Positions 1-12,540 of a stretch of 64,000 nucleotides of DNA are shown here, piece by piece; the first letter of the stretch is position 1, and each line of letters opens with the position of its first letter. This stretch comes from Octopus sinensis. Lineage: Eukaryota. The notes below the pieces were generated by a model. The model searched no databases and had not been told where the DNA came from. It was given only the letters and a program-made list of their open reading frames with translations. A program made the position numbers and the translations under genes. The stretch spans positions 17,608,001 to 17,672,000 of the forward strand of contig NC_043006.1 of assembly GCF_006345805.1 (NCBI RefSeq). Reading direction: 5' to 3'.

Positions 1-205
1 CAACCTGCCTGAGAGTGTCTATAATGCAACCTTCCTGTTTTAAAGTGATTTAAATTAAAACCTTCCATCAGAATTTCATATAAACTCATATTCCAAACAC
101 CAGTTTAAATAAAGCCAAAATTATTTTTACTAAAGTCTTTATCATTTACAAAATTAATTAAAATGTAGACAGTGTCTTTCAACAGCAATATAGTAACTAA
201 AGTGA
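1..205 (-). mobile_element. TTAA-type MITE family C, cut by the window edge
   Basis: Shares internal sequence (aaacaccagtttaa, actaaa..ttt, caacagcaatatagtaac) with the complete copies at 11037-11236 and 14885-15107, in reverse orientation. Confidence 0.6.
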
Positions 206-225
206 CCACTGTATATCATATTTAA

Positions 226-443
226 TCCATTAGCATTTAAACTGGTCATATCCAGCCCAAATATTCTACATGTTTTATGTTCAAACTACCCATATCAGGA
301 CTCTCACACCTATCCTACTATGCCATTCTAAATATAAACAATCACATCATCAAAATATCAAAGCTATGAGTTAATGTATGAATTATTTAAGATGATGTGA
401 ATAAATTAGCATTATATTTGACAGAAATATGAATGCTTAAGGA
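226..443 (+). mobile_element. TTAA-flanked MITE family A (piggyBac-type), degenerate
   Basis: ttaa|tccattagcatt...aatgcttaagga|ttaa; body matches the copy at 54737-54956. Confidence 0.7.
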
Positions 444-655
444 TTAATACCTGTACACCACTGATGGGCCAGCTGCTATGGTGTCTGTCTTGGATGACAT
501 CTCAAAACATGCTATTTTGAAAGCAATGAATATCAGAAGGAGACACAAAAATCGCTCTTTGCACTGACATGTACTGTCATAAGAAGGCTGAAATGCACCT
601 GATGTTCTTGCTGGCCACTGACTGGGATGAATTTTTGTCACCCTCCAAATATTTG

Positions 656-992
656 TGTTTTTGAGCGTGATCGTTGCCAGAGCGGCTCTCTGGCCTTTGT
701 GCCAGTGGCACGTAAAAGACACCATTCGAGCGTGATCATTAGCAGCATCACCTTACTGGCACCTGTGCTGGTGGCATGTGTAAAAGATTCGAGCGGTGAT
801 AAATATTCCCGGTGGCACGTAAAAGCACCCACTACACTCTCGAAGTGGTTGGCGTTAGGAAGGGCATCCAGCTGTAGAAACTCCGCCAGATCAAGATTGG
901 AGCCTGGTGCAGCCATCTGGTTCGCCAGCCCTCAGTCATTCATCCAACCCATGCTAGCATGGAAAGCGGATGTTAAACGATGATGATGATGA
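656..992 (+). mobile_element. RTE LINE 3' end (5'-truncated) with (GAT)n tail
   Basis: ggcgttaggaagggcatccagctgtagaaac...gcatggaaagcggatgttaaacgatgatgatgatg, same 3' end as the RT-bearing copy at 8686-9955. Confidence 0.8.
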
Positions 993-1164
993 ACTGCATC
1001 TTCATTCATCAGAAATGTTATCTTAAGATAAATATCCCCAGTAACTGACCTGTCATGGGTGTATATACATGATGATTCACAGGTGCCTATTTTAGTTTAA
1101 TCCTGCCTCAATTTTATATATCAGATTTATCTTTTAACTTCTAACATCAGTTGTTTGAATGTGG

Positions 1165-1327
1165 CCATGCTGGGGCACCACCTTGAAGAATTTTTAGCTA
1201 AGCAAATCGACCCCAGTACTTTTTTTGTTTTTAATCCTGGTACTTATCCTATTGGTTTCTATTACTGAACTGCTAAGTTATGGGGATGTTAAGATTCTAA
1301 CTGCAGTTGTCAAGCTGTGGAGGGGGA

Positions 1328-1395
<68 letters not shown>

Positions 1396-1565
1396 TACAT
1401 ACATATGACAGGCTTCTTTCAGTTTCCATCTATCACATCCACTCACAAAGCTTTGGTCAGTCCAAGGCTATATTAGGACATAACTGCCCATGGTGCTACA
1501 CAGTGAGGCTGAATCTAGAACCATGTAGTTGGGAAGCAAGTTTCTTACCACACAGCCATGGCTTG
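1165..1565 (-). mobile_element. tRNA/CORE-type SINE family S1 with internal (CA)n
   Basis: Reverse-complement match to the intact copy at 48219-48659. Confidence 0.8.
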
Positions 1566-2317
1566 CTCCTATTTAGTAATGGAAAGTTTATTTTGTTCAA
1601 TAAATTTTGAAAGACATGCTCATGTGCATACATGTGTGCACATACATGAGTATCTACATGTAGCTGCATAGTTTTCATCTATCAAATTTATGATAGAAAA
1701 CAATGCCCAAAGCACTCCACTCCACAGAGATATTGAACCCAAAACCACAGGATTCCAAACTGAACGTCTTAACCACACATTGATACTTGCCTGTTTATTG
1801 AAATACATCTGTTAGATGTATTCATAACCACTTCTACTGATCTTTTTTGAAAAAAAGATACCATAACCAGTTTTGTCATGCACTAAATCACATGTCCTGT
1901 GAGTTAACTCATGATTCTTTACTGTCAAGTATTATGCATTGCACAAGCCATGTGAAGTTTAACTATGATCTTAAGTCACAAGTGCCAAAGACAGTTTCCT
2001 ATTATGGTTATTCCAGAAAAAAAAAAAAAAGAATTTCATTTTAAAAAAAAGGTGAGTGGTGTACAGGAACTTCAAATAGGTACAAAGTAACGGTCGTGAC
2101 AGCCAGGAGTTAAATGGTTGGTGTCACTGGAAAATACTCTACTGTTGATTTCATGTGACCAAGTTTCCATGTTATGAAATGGGGTAGTTTGTTTCAGTAT
2201 TAAGGGTGGTGGTAATTTAGATGCTGGTTCTAAATAAAGGCACATTCTGAAAACAAATATCAAATGGGAAAAACTGAAGGTGTTTTCATGAAATGAAAAG
2301 AATAGAAGATATATAAT

Positions 2318-2809
2318 TGTATATACTGATGTGTATCTGTGTATATGCATGCATATATATATATATATACACATACATACATGTTTGTATGTACAGGTGT
2401 GTATCTGTGTATTTATGTGTCTATATGTATAAAATTTGTGTGTGTATTTGTGTATGTATATACATATGCATGTGCATTTGTATGTGTATGTATATACATA
2501 TGTGTGTGCATTTGTGTGTGTGTATATGTATAATATATATATATGTATGTATATATACATGTATGTATGTATATATATATGTATGTATGTATATATATAT
2601 GTATGTATGTATATATATATATGTATGTATGTATATATATATATGTATGTATGTATGTATATATATATATGTATGTATGTATGTATATATATGTATGTAT
2701 GTATGTATATATATATATGTATGTATATATATATATGTATGTATATATATATATGTATGTATATATATATATATATGTATGTATATATATATATATGTAT
2801 GTATGTATG

Positions 2810-2842
<33 letters not shown>

Positions 2843-3107
2843 ATATATGTATGTATGTATGTATATATATATATGTATGTATGTATGTATATATATATAT
2901 GTATGTATGTATGTATATATATATATATGTATGATATATATATATGTATTATATATATATATATATGTATGTATGTATATATGTATGTATATATATATAT
3001 ATATATGTATGTATGTAATATGTATGTATAATATATATTATATATGTATGTATGTATGTAATATGTATGTATATATATATATATATGTAGGTATGTATAT
3101 ATGTATG

Positions 3108-3144
<37 letters not shown>

Positions 3145-3945
3145 ATATGTAGTATATTATATATATATATGTATGTATGTATATATGTATGTATATATAT
3201 ATATTATATGTATAATATATATATATATATGTATGTATATATATATATATATATGTATGTATGTAATATATATGATGTATGTATGTATATATATATATAT
3301 ATGTATGTATGTATATATGTATGTATATATTATATATATATATGTAGTATATATGTATGTATGTATATATGTATGTATGTATATATATTATATGTATGTA
3401 TATTATATATGTATGTATGTAATATATATATATATATGTATGTATATATATATGTATATGTATGTATATAATATATATGTATGTTGTATATATGTATGTA
3501 TGTATATATATATATATGTAGTATGTATAATGTATGTATGTATATATGTATGTAGTATATAATATATATGTATGTATGTATATATGTATGTATGTATATA
3601 TATATATGTATGATATGTATATATATATATATAGTATGTATGTATATATGTATGTATATATATATGTATATATGTATATATGTATGTATGTATATATTAT
3701 ATATATGTATGTAGGTATATATATATTATATGTATGTATGTATATATGTATGTTATATATATATATGTATGTATTATGTATGTATATATATATATATGAT
3801 GTATGTATATATATATATGTATGTATGTATATATATATATATATATATGTATGTATATATATATATATATGTATGTATATATATATATATATATGTATGT
3901 ATATATATATATATATGTATGTATATATATATATATATATGTATG

Positions 3946-3976
<31 letters not shown>

Positions 3977-4026
3977 ATATATATATATATTATATATATA
4001 TATATATGTATGTATGTATATGTATG

Positions 4027-4061
<35 letters not shown>

Positions 4062-4070
4062 ATATGTATG

Positions 4071-4101
<31 letters not shown>

Positions 4102-4110
4102 ATATGTATG

Positions 4111-4141
<31 letters not shown>

Positions 4142-4954
4142 ATATATATTATGTATATATATTATATATATATATATGTATGTATGTATATATGTATGTA
4201 TATATATATATATATGTATGTATGTATATATGTATGTATATATATATATATGTATGTATATATATATATATATATAGTATGTATATATATATTATGTATG
4301 TATGTATATATATATGTATGTATGTATATATATATATATATATGTGTATGTATATATATTATGTATATATATATATTATATATGTATGTATGTATATATG
4401 TATGTATGTATATATGTATGTATGTATATATATATATATGTATGTATGTATATATGTATGTATGTATATATATATATATGTATGTATGTATATATGTATG
4501 TATGTATATATATATATATGTATGTATGTATATATGTATGTATGTATATATATATATATGTATGTATGTATATATGTATGTATGTATATATGTATGTATG
4601 TATATATATATATATGTATGTATGTATATATGTATGTATGTATATATATATATATGTATGTATGTATATATATATATATATGTATGTATGTATATATGTA
4701 TGTATATATATATGTATGTATGTATATATGTATGTATGTATATATATATATATGTATGTATGTATATATATATATATGTATGTATATATATATGTATGTA
4801 TATATATATATATGTATGTATATATGTATGTATATATATATATATGTATGTATGTATATATGTATGTATATATATATATATGTATGTATATATGTATGTA
4901 TATATATATGTATGTATATATGTATGTATATATATATATATGTATGTATATATG

Positions 4955-4985
<31 letters not shown>

Positions 4986-4986
4986 G
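2318..4986. repeat. 2.7 kb compound (TA)n/(TATG)n microsatellite
   Basis: Directly visible; almost no C on the + strand after about 2560. Confidence 0.98.
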
Positions 4987-5235
4987 AATGTGTCTGTGTA
5001 TAGCTATACCTGAAGAACAACCAAAAAATGGATATTATTCAGAGTAAATTTTGAAAAGTCTTTTTTTTTCTTCCTTTCCATTTTATTCTTTATTTTGATT
5101 CTATATTCATCGGAATTTTCACATGTTTTGTCAACATGTAAATTGACAATTTAAATATTTAGTTTAAAAAAGTAAAACTTTGTTTTTTTTCACTGTGATG
5201 GTGTGTTCTTTATTTACTTAATTATATTTTCTCAG

Positions 5236-5328
5236 AAATATGCATTAAGTCTTTGAATATACCAACCTGTAATAGGCCACTCATGATCACATATTACTGG
5301 CCTGTAATGACTACAACCTATAAAGTTG
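5236..5328 (+). CDS. Candidate internal coding exon of an unidentified gene (xICIKSLNIPTCNRPLMITYYWPVMTTTYKV)
   Basis: Acceptor ttatattttctcag|, donor ttg|gtatgc, 93 bp open in phase 1 to 1, not repeat-derived. No homology recognised. Confidence 0.35.
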
Positions 5329-5456
5329 GTATGCAATAGAGAATTTTCATCAACATTTTATTATTACCGTAAATAGCGCAGAAAAACAAAAGTTGATTAG
5401 CTAAAATTATATCATAATTTTAATATATCTTTGGCTGAAATTTCAGTGTTTATTAA

Positions 5457-5668
5457 CCCTTTAGCATTTGAATTGGTCATATTCAGCCAAAATATTCTAC
5501 TACTTTTATGTTCAAAAGGGCAAGATCTGGTCTCTCACACCTGCCTTATGATGTCATTCTAAAAATAAGCAATCATGTCATTGAAATCTTGAAGCTATGA
5601 GATAATGCATGTTTAATTCATAACAATGTCAATAAATAAGCAAGGTATTTGACAAAATAATCTGAAAT
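5457..5668 (+). mobile_element. TTAA MITE family A, right end missing
   Basis: ttaa|ccctttagcattt start; body matches 54737-54956. Confidence 0.75.
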
Positions 5669-5776
5669 TTCTTGCTAATTTTGAAAACTAACTGAAACAC
5701 ATAGGGCAGTTGTATATAGTTTATTTTTATGATAAATACTGTTAAGAATGCATGTTACTCTAAATTTTGAAACTAA

Positions 5777-5960
5777 TCTATTATATAAAATCCGTTCTGT
5801 CCGTCTGTATGTGTGTCTTCTAGGATCTCGGGCATCCTCCATCCAATTGCGCTCAGATTTGATATGTAGATACCGACGGTATCAGGGCGTGTATAAGTCT
5901 TGAAAAAATTACAAAAATCGATTCCAGGTGAGAATACGATCGATAAAACCAGGGGAACAT
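5777..5960 (+). mobile_element. Helitron-like non-autonomous element, 5' fragment
   Basis: A|TCTATTATATAAAATCCGTTCTGTCCGTCTGT start resembles the 5' end of the element at 16463-16854; no 3' hairpin or CTAG seen. Confidence 0.45.
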
Positions 5961-6027
5961 GCATTTATACATGCAAGTACATCTGTCAAAATCCATCTTT
6001 TGCTGGTGTCTCAAATTTAGGTTAAAT

Positions 6028-6088
6028 CAGTGTTTCTCAAAAGGGGAGGCCTATGGGACGGTTGGACAAGTTGTTTTGAGAAAAATTG
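6028..6088. mobile_element. 61 bp hAT-type mini-MITE
   Basis: TIRs cagtgtttctcaaa / tttgagaaaaattg (12/14 match); 8 bp flanks ggttaaat / gtttaaat (7/8). Confidence 0.55.
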
Positions 6089-7562
6089 GTTTAAATGTTT
6101 GACAACTCAGCACTGTCCATTGGACAGCGGTGGGTGGGTGGGGGCGTTTTGCTTGTTAATACTATAACTATAATCTTTTGAATATTCAATAAATCCATGG
6201 CTAGCTGTGGGGGAATATTACCGTGCTTGGAAAGGGGGTGAGTATTAGTGACAGAGAGGACATTCAGCTGTAAAAAATATGCTTTGACAAATTTCGTTTG
6301 AGTTGTGTAAGCATGGAAAAGTGGACTTGTCATAGATGTGTTACTTATAATGTTGAAGCTAATAATTATAGTACAAAAATTATAATTTTGAATATCTAAC
6401 GCTTTTTTTTAAGCAATAATTATGTTGAAATGCACTGCTTTTGTTTCAGTTAATTTTGAAAATAGTGTAGAATTTAATGAAATAACGTTAGTAATATGTT
6501 TGAAACAAATTGACTTCAAATTTTAATGGGAAGTTTTAATTTAGATTATTTTAAGCAGGAAATTTCTATCATAGAACCATAGGTGGTTTCAGAGTTGGCT
6601 GGTTAATGCTATAAGAACATGTCTTGCCATGGGGAAATATTACTTTGCTTGGAGATAGATGAGGGTTGGTGACAGGGAAGGCATCCAGCTGTAGAAATGT
6701 ACCTGAGCGAATTCCAGTTGAGCCATGTAAGCATAGCAGTGTGGACTTTAAAACAATGATGAGGAAGTCAATAATTATTTGGTATTTCTCAGTTTAATTA
6801 TGGCCTTCACAATCAGAAATGTCTTGGTTTTCATAACCTCAATACAAGTAGTATCAGTAAATGGTTGACAGATAAAGGAGTTAGAGGGGATTGAAATTAT
6901 AGTTTGCATTGTTGACTGAAAACACGTTGTATACTTCCTTTGTATCAGTGGCCTTAATCCAAGATTATTTGTTGTTCTTAGGCCATAATGCTTTTTGTTT
7001 GCATTAAACTTAGTACTCTGAAACCAATTGTTTTTATATTATAAAATGATTTCTTTTTACTTAATGGTAGTTAGTATAAAGGTTTTCACCTTTAGGAATT
7101 CAAAAAGTGTTCATATTATCAAGAAATTAATTTTTGGCATTAAAATAATTAATTTGTTGTATGTAAAAAAAAAAAGAAGGAATTGATATTTTTTAAACAT
7201 TGTACCAGGTATTATTGTCATCATTATTCAACCTTACTAATTTAGCATCCAGCTTTTCATGATGACATACATTGAACCAATCTGTATTACAGTTACATCA
7301 CCTGAACTGTGAGCCCACCATTCCCAACTCTGATCTTATCATTTCTCATGTTTTCGGTAATTTGCCTCTACAGCAGAAACATTTCCACATTTGACACTCT
7401 CCCAGCACATTTCTTTTTCTTTTTCTACTCTTTAGATGTTCTCTTCTATTTACATATCTTCCACTTGAGTCGTAACTAGATTATGCTTGACACTTCATCA
7501 CCAATATCTTCATTTTTTTTTTTCCATCTATTCCCACCCACTTCCATATAGTGCAATGTAGC

Positions 7563-7747
7563 TCTCTTTTTACTCTCTTTTTACTTGTTTCAGTCATTTG
7601 ACTGCGGCCATGCTGCGAGCAAATCAACCCCGGGACTTATTCTTTTGTAAGCCCAGTACTTATTCTATCGGTCTCTTTTGCCGAACCGTTAAGTGACAGG
7701 GATGTAAACACACCAGCATCATTTGTCAAGCAATGCTAGGGGGACAT

Positions 7748-7784
<37 letters not shown>

Positions 7785-7950
7785 TACGACAGGCTTCTTT
7801 CAGTTTCCGTCTACCAAATCCACTCACATGGCATTGGTCGGCCCGGGGCTATAGCAGAAGACACTTGCCCAAGATGCCACACAGTGGGACTGAACCCGGA
7901 ACCATGTGGTTGGTTAGCAAGCTACTTACCACACAGCCACTCCTGCGCCT
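7563..7950 (-). mobile_element. SINE family S1, near full length
   Basis: Head ...acacagccactcctgcgcct, internal (TA)n, tail ttttacttgtttcagtcatttgactgcggccatgctg. Confidence 0.9.
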
Positions 7951-8146
7951 ATGTATCTCTTCTATAACAATACACCTTTGCCTGCCCCTCTATTGTACTT
8001 TAGCCTCTCAACACCTGGCATAACATCACCCATGTCCTCCTCTACTACGACCCCACTCAGTTAAGGGGGTTCTCTTCTTTCCCTCCTCTTTTTAATAAAT
8101 ACCACAGCATTTTGTCCAATGCACTCGTGATTTCGCTAAGTCTTAA

Positions 8147-8398
8147 CCCTTTAGTATTAAGATTATTCCGCATGGAAAGCGGACGTTAAACGATGATGAT
8201 GATTATTCTGTCAAACAGTAATGCTTATTGATTCACATTGTTTTGAATGAATCGTGCATTATCTCATAACTTTGATGACATGATCGTTTAAAGTAGAACA
8301 ACATTGTAGGGTAGCTGTGAGAGCCTGGATCTGATCAGTTTGAACATAAAACAAATGGGAAATTTTGGCCAGTTTTGGCTTGTTTAATTGCTAAAGGG
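8147..8398 (-). mobile_element. TTAA MITE family A carrying a 32 nt RTE tail insertion
   Basis: ttaa|ccctttag...ctaaaggg|ttaa; insert 8169-8200 flanked by gattattc on both sides. Confidence 0.8.
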
Positions 8399-8685
8399 TT
8401 AAATAATCGTATCTATGAAAATCTAGACACACTTTTCTTCATATCATAGTCACATTGATTCCAGTGAGTAATGAGACATCTCTGGAAAAGAAACAAAGGA
8501 AAAAAACCAAAAGAAAACCCCTGTTTTTTAACCTGACCATGCAGGTTCGAATACATTTGTAATATCTAATCTGACAGTAAGTTGCTGTTGCAAAGTGATT
8601 CTGTCATGTTTTATTTCACAAATATTTGTTCATGTTTCACTTTGGAAAAGTCAACATTTGCAGAGCAAACATGAATGATAACATA

Positions 8686-8716
<31 letters not shown>

Positions 8717-9955
8717 GTTTAACGTCCATTCTCCATGCTAGCATGGGTTGGACGGTTCGACCGGGGATCTGGGAAGCCAGAAGGCTGCGCCAAGCTCCAG
8801 TCTGATCTGGCAGTGTTTCTACAGCTGGATGCCCTTCCTAACGCCAACCACTCCGTGAATGTAGTGGGTGCTTTTTATGTGCCACCTGCACAGGTGCCAG
8901 GCGAGGCTGGTAACGGCCACGATCAGATTGGTGCATTTTACGTGCCACCGGCACGGAAGCCACTCAAGGTGGCACTGGCAATCGGCCACGATTCGGATGG
9001 TGCTTTTTACGTGCCACCGGCATGGAAGCCAGTCTAGGCGGCGCTGGCATCGGCCACGATTCGGATAGCGCTTTTTACATGCCACCGGCACGGAAGCCAG
9101 TCTAAGCGGCACTGGTCACATTCAGATGGTGCTTTTTATGTGCCACGCCACCTGCACAGGAGTCAGTCTAGTGGTCCTGGCAACTGCCGGGTGCCAATCA
9201 TAGGATTGGTTCAATTTTGATTCCAACTTTGATTTCAATTTCACTTGCCCCAACAGGTCTTTGCAAGCAGAGTTAGTGTCCAATAAAGTGAGGTTGGCAT
9301 GGGTGCCTGTCGTCGGATGAGGTTCGATTTCGACTTTGCTTGCCTCAACAGGTCTTTATGTGTCCAAGGGAGGAAAGACATGCTTAAGTGGGCTGGACTC
9401 ACTTGTCCTGCCGGGTCTTCTCACGCACAGCATATTTCCAAAGGTCTCGGTCGCTGGTCTTTGCCTCGGTGAGGCCTAAAGTTCGAAGGTCATGCTTCAC
9501 CACCTTGTCCCAGGTTTTCCTGGGTCTACCTCTTCCATGGGTTCCCTCAACTGCGTCTCTATTGCACACCACAGCTGATGCTTCTTAGGTCAAACATTTC
9601 TCTCAAGGTACTAACACTCTGTCGAGTATGCACACTGACATTACACATCCATCGGAGCATAGTGGCTTCATTCCTCGTGAGCTTATGCATGTCCTCAGCA
9701 GTCACGGCCCATGTTTCACTGCCATGTAGCATGGCTGTTCGTACACATGCATCATACAGTCTGCCTTTTACTCTGAGCGAGAGGCCTTTTGTCACCAGCA
9801 GAGGTAAGAGCTCCCTGAACTTTGCCCAGGCTATTCTTACTCTAGCAGTTACACTTTCAGCACACCCACCCCCACTACTGACTTGGTCACCTTGATAACG
9901 GAAGCTATCAACTACTTCTAGTTTCGCCCCCTGGAAAGTGACGGAAGTTGTTTTC
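8686..9955 (-). mobile_element. 5'-truncated RTE-clade LINE: C-terminal RT region, tandem-repeat 3'UTR and (ATG)n tail
   Basis: Translation RIAWAKFRELLPLL..KGRLYDACVRTAMLHGSETWAVT..MLRWMCNV, then after a deletion GRGRPRKTWDKVVKHDL..REKTRQDK* (stop at 9399-9401). These motifs are typical of RTE ORF C-termini. Confidence 0.92.
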
Positions 9956-10084
9956 TGCAGATTTTCAGAGTTTATTGCTCCTGAGCATCTGCCACATACT
10001 TCATTTATATTGTACAAGTTTTATCTTTTCCTTTCATTATTGTCATTATTGAACTTTTTCACTGAAAATTGTGTCTTTATCAAA

Positions 10085-10522
10085 GTTATCATCATCATCA
10101 ATTTAGCGCCCTGTTTTCCATTTTTGCGTAAGTCAGATGGAGTTAAATGAGGCAAATATTTTTATGTGTGGATGCCCTTTTTGTCACCAAACCTCACCTG
10201 TTTCCAAGCAAGGTAATATTTCCCCAAGGCCAGGCATCTTTTTTGTAGAATATTGGAAAGAAATGACGCTATTTGTATGACCGTGACACTTATTTACATT
10301 TATCTTGTGATGTAAAGAGAAGGAAACACAAACATACATGCACTTACATATACATATATACATACATATACAACAGGCTTCTTTCAGTTTCTGTCTACCA
10401 AATCCACTTACAAGGTTTTGGTCAACCCAGGGTTAGAGTAGAAAGCACTTGTTCAACCAAGCAGTGGGATTGAACCTGAAACTCTGTGATTCTGAAGCAA
10501 ACTTCTTAACTGTACAACCATA
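10085..10522 (-). mobile_element. SINE family S3 (S1-type head and CORE, RTE-like tail)
   Basis: Head shared with S1; tail ggatgccc...gtcaccaaacctcacctgtttccaagcaaggtaatattt ending in catcatcat. Confidence 0.75.
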
Positions 10523-11036
10523 CATACAGACATTTCATTTCAATTTAGCTATTGTTCTCCTAGCTGCAAAATTAGGTTTCATGTCATATTCTACATTTAT
10601 TATTTATTTGAATATTTATGGCATATATTTACAGTCTTAATAAGCTTAAATGGCTGATCATAGTAGAATACTCCCCCCATCCCACCCTTCCTCATATTCT
10701 AGCATAAGTGATAAACAAAATTTTCCACCTACGCTAGTTTACTAAATGTCAGTATTCTATAGAGTTGTAAACTGATTTTATTCAAATCTCTTCAATTTCA
10801 AGACAGCTTTAACTGTTTGAATGTAACAGTACTCTAGCTAATGAACTGTATTGTTTGATCTTCCATGTTCATCATCATTGTAAGCAAACTTCTTCTCTCA
10901 CTGGAAGGAATTTGAGGTGTCTACTACATGGAATACCTTCATAGAATTTCATCTTAATGAAATCCAAGGTTCCTAGATTTAAGCTAAAACTATTTCCAGC
11001 TCTTCTCCTTTGGCCACAGATAAAATCTTCATTTGA

Positions 11037-11236
11037 GCCTAATCCTTTAATTTGATTATTTTTGGAAATAATGAAGGACTTAGTAAAATAATTTTGTCAT
11101 TATTGAGTTGGTGTTTAGAACACTACTTAATGTGATATTTTGATGGAAGATTTTATTTACTTAGATCATTTGAAAACAGGAAGTTTGTATAATATATCCA
11201 GAGATAGTTTTTGGCAGGTTGGTATCAAAAGGGTTA
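11037..11236 (+). mobile_element. TTAA MITE family C
   Basis: Ends ggttggtatcaaaaggg|ttaa; internal gacttagtaaaataa motif. Confidence 0.7.
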
Positions 11237-11334
11237 AGCTGTTTGGAACATAAATTAACATGAAATTTACACAGGAAGTCTTAATTTAGATCTCTTTAAA
11301 GCAAATACAATCTATGGCAGATCGTTATCTTTTA

Positions 11335-11810
11335 CCTTTTACTTGTTTCTGTCATTTGAGTGCGGCCATGCTGGGGCATCACCTCAAAGGGTTTTAGTTG
11401 AACAAATTGATCCCAGGACCTATTTTCTCAAACCTAGCACTTATTCTATTGGACCGTTAAATTTCATGGACTTAAACACACCAACACCAGTTGTCTAAGG
11501 TACCATGCAGGGCAGTGAGCTGGCAGAATCGTTAGCACACCAGGTGAAATGCTTAGTGGTATTTCGTCTGCCGCTACATTCTGAGTTCAAATTCCGCCGA
11601 GGTTGACTTTGCCTTTCATCCTTTTGGGGTCGATTAAATAAGTACCAGTTACACACTGGGGTTGATATAATCAACTTAATCCATTTGTCTGTCCTTGTTT
11701 CTCCTCTGTGTGTTTAGCCCCTTATGGGTAGTAACGAAATAGGTACCATGCAGTGGGATTGAACTTGGAACCATGTTGTTGGGAAGCAACCTTCTTACCA
11801 CACAGCCAAG
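11335..11810 (-). mobile_element. SINE S1, internally deleted and interrupted by S2
   Basis: Tail at 11335-11497 and head at 11741-11810. Confidence 0.7.
11511..11740 (+). mobile_element. tRNA-derived SINE family S2 (long tail) with 13 bp TSD
   Basis: ggcagtgagctggcagaatcgttagcac...gagttcaaattcc (B-box)...gaaat; TSD aggtaccatgcag at 11498-11510 and 11741-11753. Confidence 0.9.
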
Positions 11811-12057
11811 AAACCGTGAAACATATTACTGAGCATGAATGTGTCGTATTATTGTATTGCAAAAGAAATAAAATGGTCTTAAAAGAGTTGTGTCAGAAAA
11901 AGATGTTTGACAACAAATGAAAGCAAGTATAACACTGCAAACTTAATTAATCTGGTGTACTGAAGAAAATGTAACACAGAAAAACTTAAGTATAGAATTA
12001 AGAAAATTTATTATAGCAGTAATTTTATGTGCATTCACTATACTCAACAAAGATATA

Positions 12058-12540
12058 ATCATCATCATCATCATCGTTTAGCGTCCGTTCTCCATGCTAA
12101 CATGGGTTGGACGGTTCAACTGGGTTCTGGGAAGCCAGATGGCTGCACCAGGCCCAGTCTGATCTGGCAATGTTTCTACGGACGGATGCCCTTCCTAACG
12201 CCAACCACTCCGTGGGTGTAGTGGGTGCTTTTTGCGTGCCACCGGCACAGGTGCCAGGCGAGGCTCGCAATGGCCACGAACGGATGGTGCTTTTTACGTG
12301 CCACCAGCACGAGGCCAGTCGGGGCGGCGCTGGCAACGGCCACGTTCGGGTGGTTCTCTTACGTGCCACTGGCACTGGTATCACAGCTGCAATTTCCATT
12401 GATGTTGATCAATTTGGATTCTCACTTGCCTCAACAGGTCTTCACAAGTAGAGTTTTGTGACCCCAGAAGGAAAGGTATGCATAAGTGGACTGGCACATC
12501 CCGGGTTATGGTCTCACTTGTCCTGCCGGGTCTTCTCACA
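12058..12540 (-). mobile_element. RTE LINE 3' fragment including the stop codon
   Basis: Contains tcacttgtcctgccgggtcttctcac (…EKTRQDK*), as in the 8686-9955 copy, with a shorter 3'UTR and a (CAT)n tail on +. Confidence 0.88.

Noticed and set aside
444-625. TTDGPAAMVS resembling the hAT DGA.AM motif
   Set aside because: The surrounding residues do not fit and there are no TIRs.
2072-5020. Long Y/I/M/C/V-rich ORFs up to 427 aa
   Set aside because: They are translations of the (TA)n/(TATG)n array, which lacks stop codons.
8867-9190. CRISPR-like repeat-spacer appearance
   Set aside because: Whole units are homologous with no unique spacers, there are no cas genes, and the array lies in a LINE 3'UTR.
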